From Bacteroidia bacterium (GTDB lineage Bacteria; Bacteroidota; Bacteroidia; B-17B0; Aurantibacillaceae): 64,000 nt of DNA. Shown in pieces: positions 62,784 through 64,000 of this stretch. Location: contig JBJMLS010000300.1 in NCBI GenBank assembly GCA_045805185.1, positions 10,259 through 74,258 of the forward strand, written 5' to 3'. Positions within the stretch are counted from its first letter, which is position 1. The number at the start of each line of letters is the position of its first letter. Both the position numbers and the translations under genes were made by a program. The notes under the pieces are model-generated. The model was not told the origin of the DNA, made no database searches, and saw only the letters and a program-made list of their open reading frames with translations.

Positions 62784-64000
62784 ATGAAACGATTTTTACT
62801 TCTCCTGTTTGTTATTTCCGGATTGCATAGCGTGGCTCAACATGTCCCGCGTCTCATAGAAGATCTCGGAAAGCATGACTTTGCAAAGGAACCTGTTCAT
62901 AGCCTTAACGGGAGCTGGGAAATATATTATCAGCGCTTGCTATTTCCCGAAGATTTTAAGACGCCTGATCCAAAGCGCGAAGCCATACTGACAAAGCCTT
63001 CTTCCTGGGGCGATATCCGGGTGAATGGTAAGGCCCTTGAAAATAAAGGATACGCTACTTACCGCATTACTCTTGTTCACTTACCTGCGGAGGAACTTGT
63101 GCTGGATGCCTACAGCATGCAAACCTCTTACCGGATCTTTATTAATGGAAAACTCTCGGCGGAGGTCGGAAGGCCCGGCAAAGACCTATTGTCAACGGTA
63201 CCGATGAATCGTGACGTACAGGTGAGCCTTCCTTTAACGGATACCGTTGAGATCATTGTTCAGGCGGCTAATTTTCATCACCGCAAAGGAGGCTTTGTAC
63301 ATCCGTTTGAAATTGGCACCCGTAAGGCAATTACAAAGCAACGGATGACATATTATTTACTGGACGTCACTGAAACTTCCGCCCTGGCCATTATTGGACT
63401 TTTTCTTCTTGCCTTATTTATTTTCAGGAGAAAGGACCTGTCGATACTTTATTTCGCTTTGTTTTGCATTACACTCAGCTTCCGTCCGGTGATCGCTGTT
63501 AATTACCTGCTCTCCACACTTGTGGAACAGATCAATTGGTCGCTGATGCTAAAGACCGAATACCTGGCGATGCTGTTCCCCTGCCTGTTCATGCTGCTCT
63601 TCATACGAAAATTATTTACGGCCCAGTTCCCAAAACTGTTATTTACTATTTTCAGAAATGTGCTGCTGACCATGATCATTATTGTAGCCGCCTTTCCCCC
63701 TTCTGTTTTTTCCTGGTTAGTGCTTCCGATACTGATCATCATTCCTGCGGGAGTGACCTTATTCGCAATTACAATTATTCGCGCCATTGTTGCACAGGTG
63801 GAAGGCGCGCGTTACGCGGGTTTCGGATTGGCGACCCTTCTGTTGAGCCTGATCCTGAAAGTTACGGTATATGCGGGATTGATTGAACAGGTGCAGGTGC
63901 TGATCACCTTGCTCGATGTAGGCTTTATCTTCATGATGTCGCTCATTCTCGGCTCACGCTTCTCGCTTCAATTCTCCAAAGTGGAACGCCTGCAGATTAA
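62784..64000 (+). CDS. 7TMR-DISM type receptor, N-terminal part (runs off the window end; not in the supplied ORF track)
   Basis: Hand translation from the ATG at 62784 stays open to base 64000 (405 codons). It gives signal peptide MKRFLLLLFVISGLHSVAQ, an extracytoplasmic domain (YRITLVHLPAEELVLDAYSMQTSYRIFINGKL) and then multiple TM helices. The architecture parallels ORF 5693-7948. Confidence 0.7.
   Translation, partial: MKRFLLLLFVISGLHSVAQHVPRLIEDLGKHDFAKEPVHSLNGSWEIYYQRLLFPEDFKTPDPKREAILTKPSSWGDIRVNGKALENKGYATYRITLVHLPAEELVLDAYSMQTSYRIFINGKLSAEVGRPGKDLLSTVPMNRDVQVSLPLTDTVEIIVQAANFHHRKGGFVHPFEIGTRKAITKQRMTYYLLDVTETSALAIIGLFLLALFIFRRKDLSILYFALFCITLSFRPVIAVNYLLSTLVEQINWSLMLKTEYLAMLFPCLFMLLFIRKLFTAQFPKLLFTIFRNVLLTMIIIVAAFPPSVFSWLVLPILIIIPAGVTLFAITIIRAIVAQVEGARYAGFGLATLLLSLILKVTVYAGLIEQVQVLITLLDVGFIFMMSLILGSRFSLQFSKVERLQI

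Overview
This 64-kb chromosomal window reads as a Bacteroidota genome, probably Chitinophagia/Sphingobacteriia-like. That placement is an inference from T9SS C-terminal sorting domains, TAnnTTTG -7 promoter boxes, CarboxypepD_reg/TonB-type beta-barrels and an atpBEFHAG operon with no atpDC nearby. I count about 60 protein genes. I recognised no rRNA, tRNA, CRISPR array, transposase or integrase. Blocks, left to right: (1) 0.6-8 kb holds a T9SS-exported pentaheme cytochrome c, a T9SS-exported FG-GAP/ASPIC protein and a 7TMR-DISM-SpoIIE phosphatase. (2) 8-11 kb holds small-molecule enzymes: a methyltransferase, a VOC protein, PhzF and a thioesterase. (3) 11-13.9 kb holds hicAB, three tandem tail-less ssb paralogues and iteron-like 10-mers. 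(4) 14-24 kb holds an amidohydrolase, a T9SS type-B cargo protein, a glycosyltransferase, hydrolases, a second SpoIIE phosphatase and a PD40 propeller protein. (5) 24.8-27.5 kb holds three-domain LigD with no Ku in the window. (6) 27.5-29.8 kb is a low-GC two-gene island. (7) 30-31.7 kb holds a membrane redoxin and a cluster of CGCAGAG-type intergenic repeats. (8) 31.7-37.6 kb holds atpBEFHAG, interrupted by a four-helix-bundle (23S IVS-type) gene, a perfect 51-bp tandem duplication and an internal hairpin. (9) 38-51 kb holds outer-membrane and transport genes: PepSY-like, two large beta-barrels, LpxR-like, DctA, DoxX and two paralogous TPR-PD40 proteins. (10) 51.2-55.1 kb is a stress island. 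It combines a YciF homologue and a YciG-like KGG-repeat protein with a duplicated module made of an intrinsically disordered G/S/R/Y/D/E-rich protein, a hairpin and a 57-aa lipoprotein. I consider this the most unusual locus in the window. (11) 55.5-64 kb holds an overlapping DUF3606x2-NYN gene pair, a DUF421 protein, an XRE regulator, an MFS transporter, a response regulator, a porin-like OMP, a STAS-like protein and a further 7TMR-DISM receptor gene. That last gene runs off the window end and is absent from the supplied ORF track. All family assignments come from reading the translated sequence. No database search was run.
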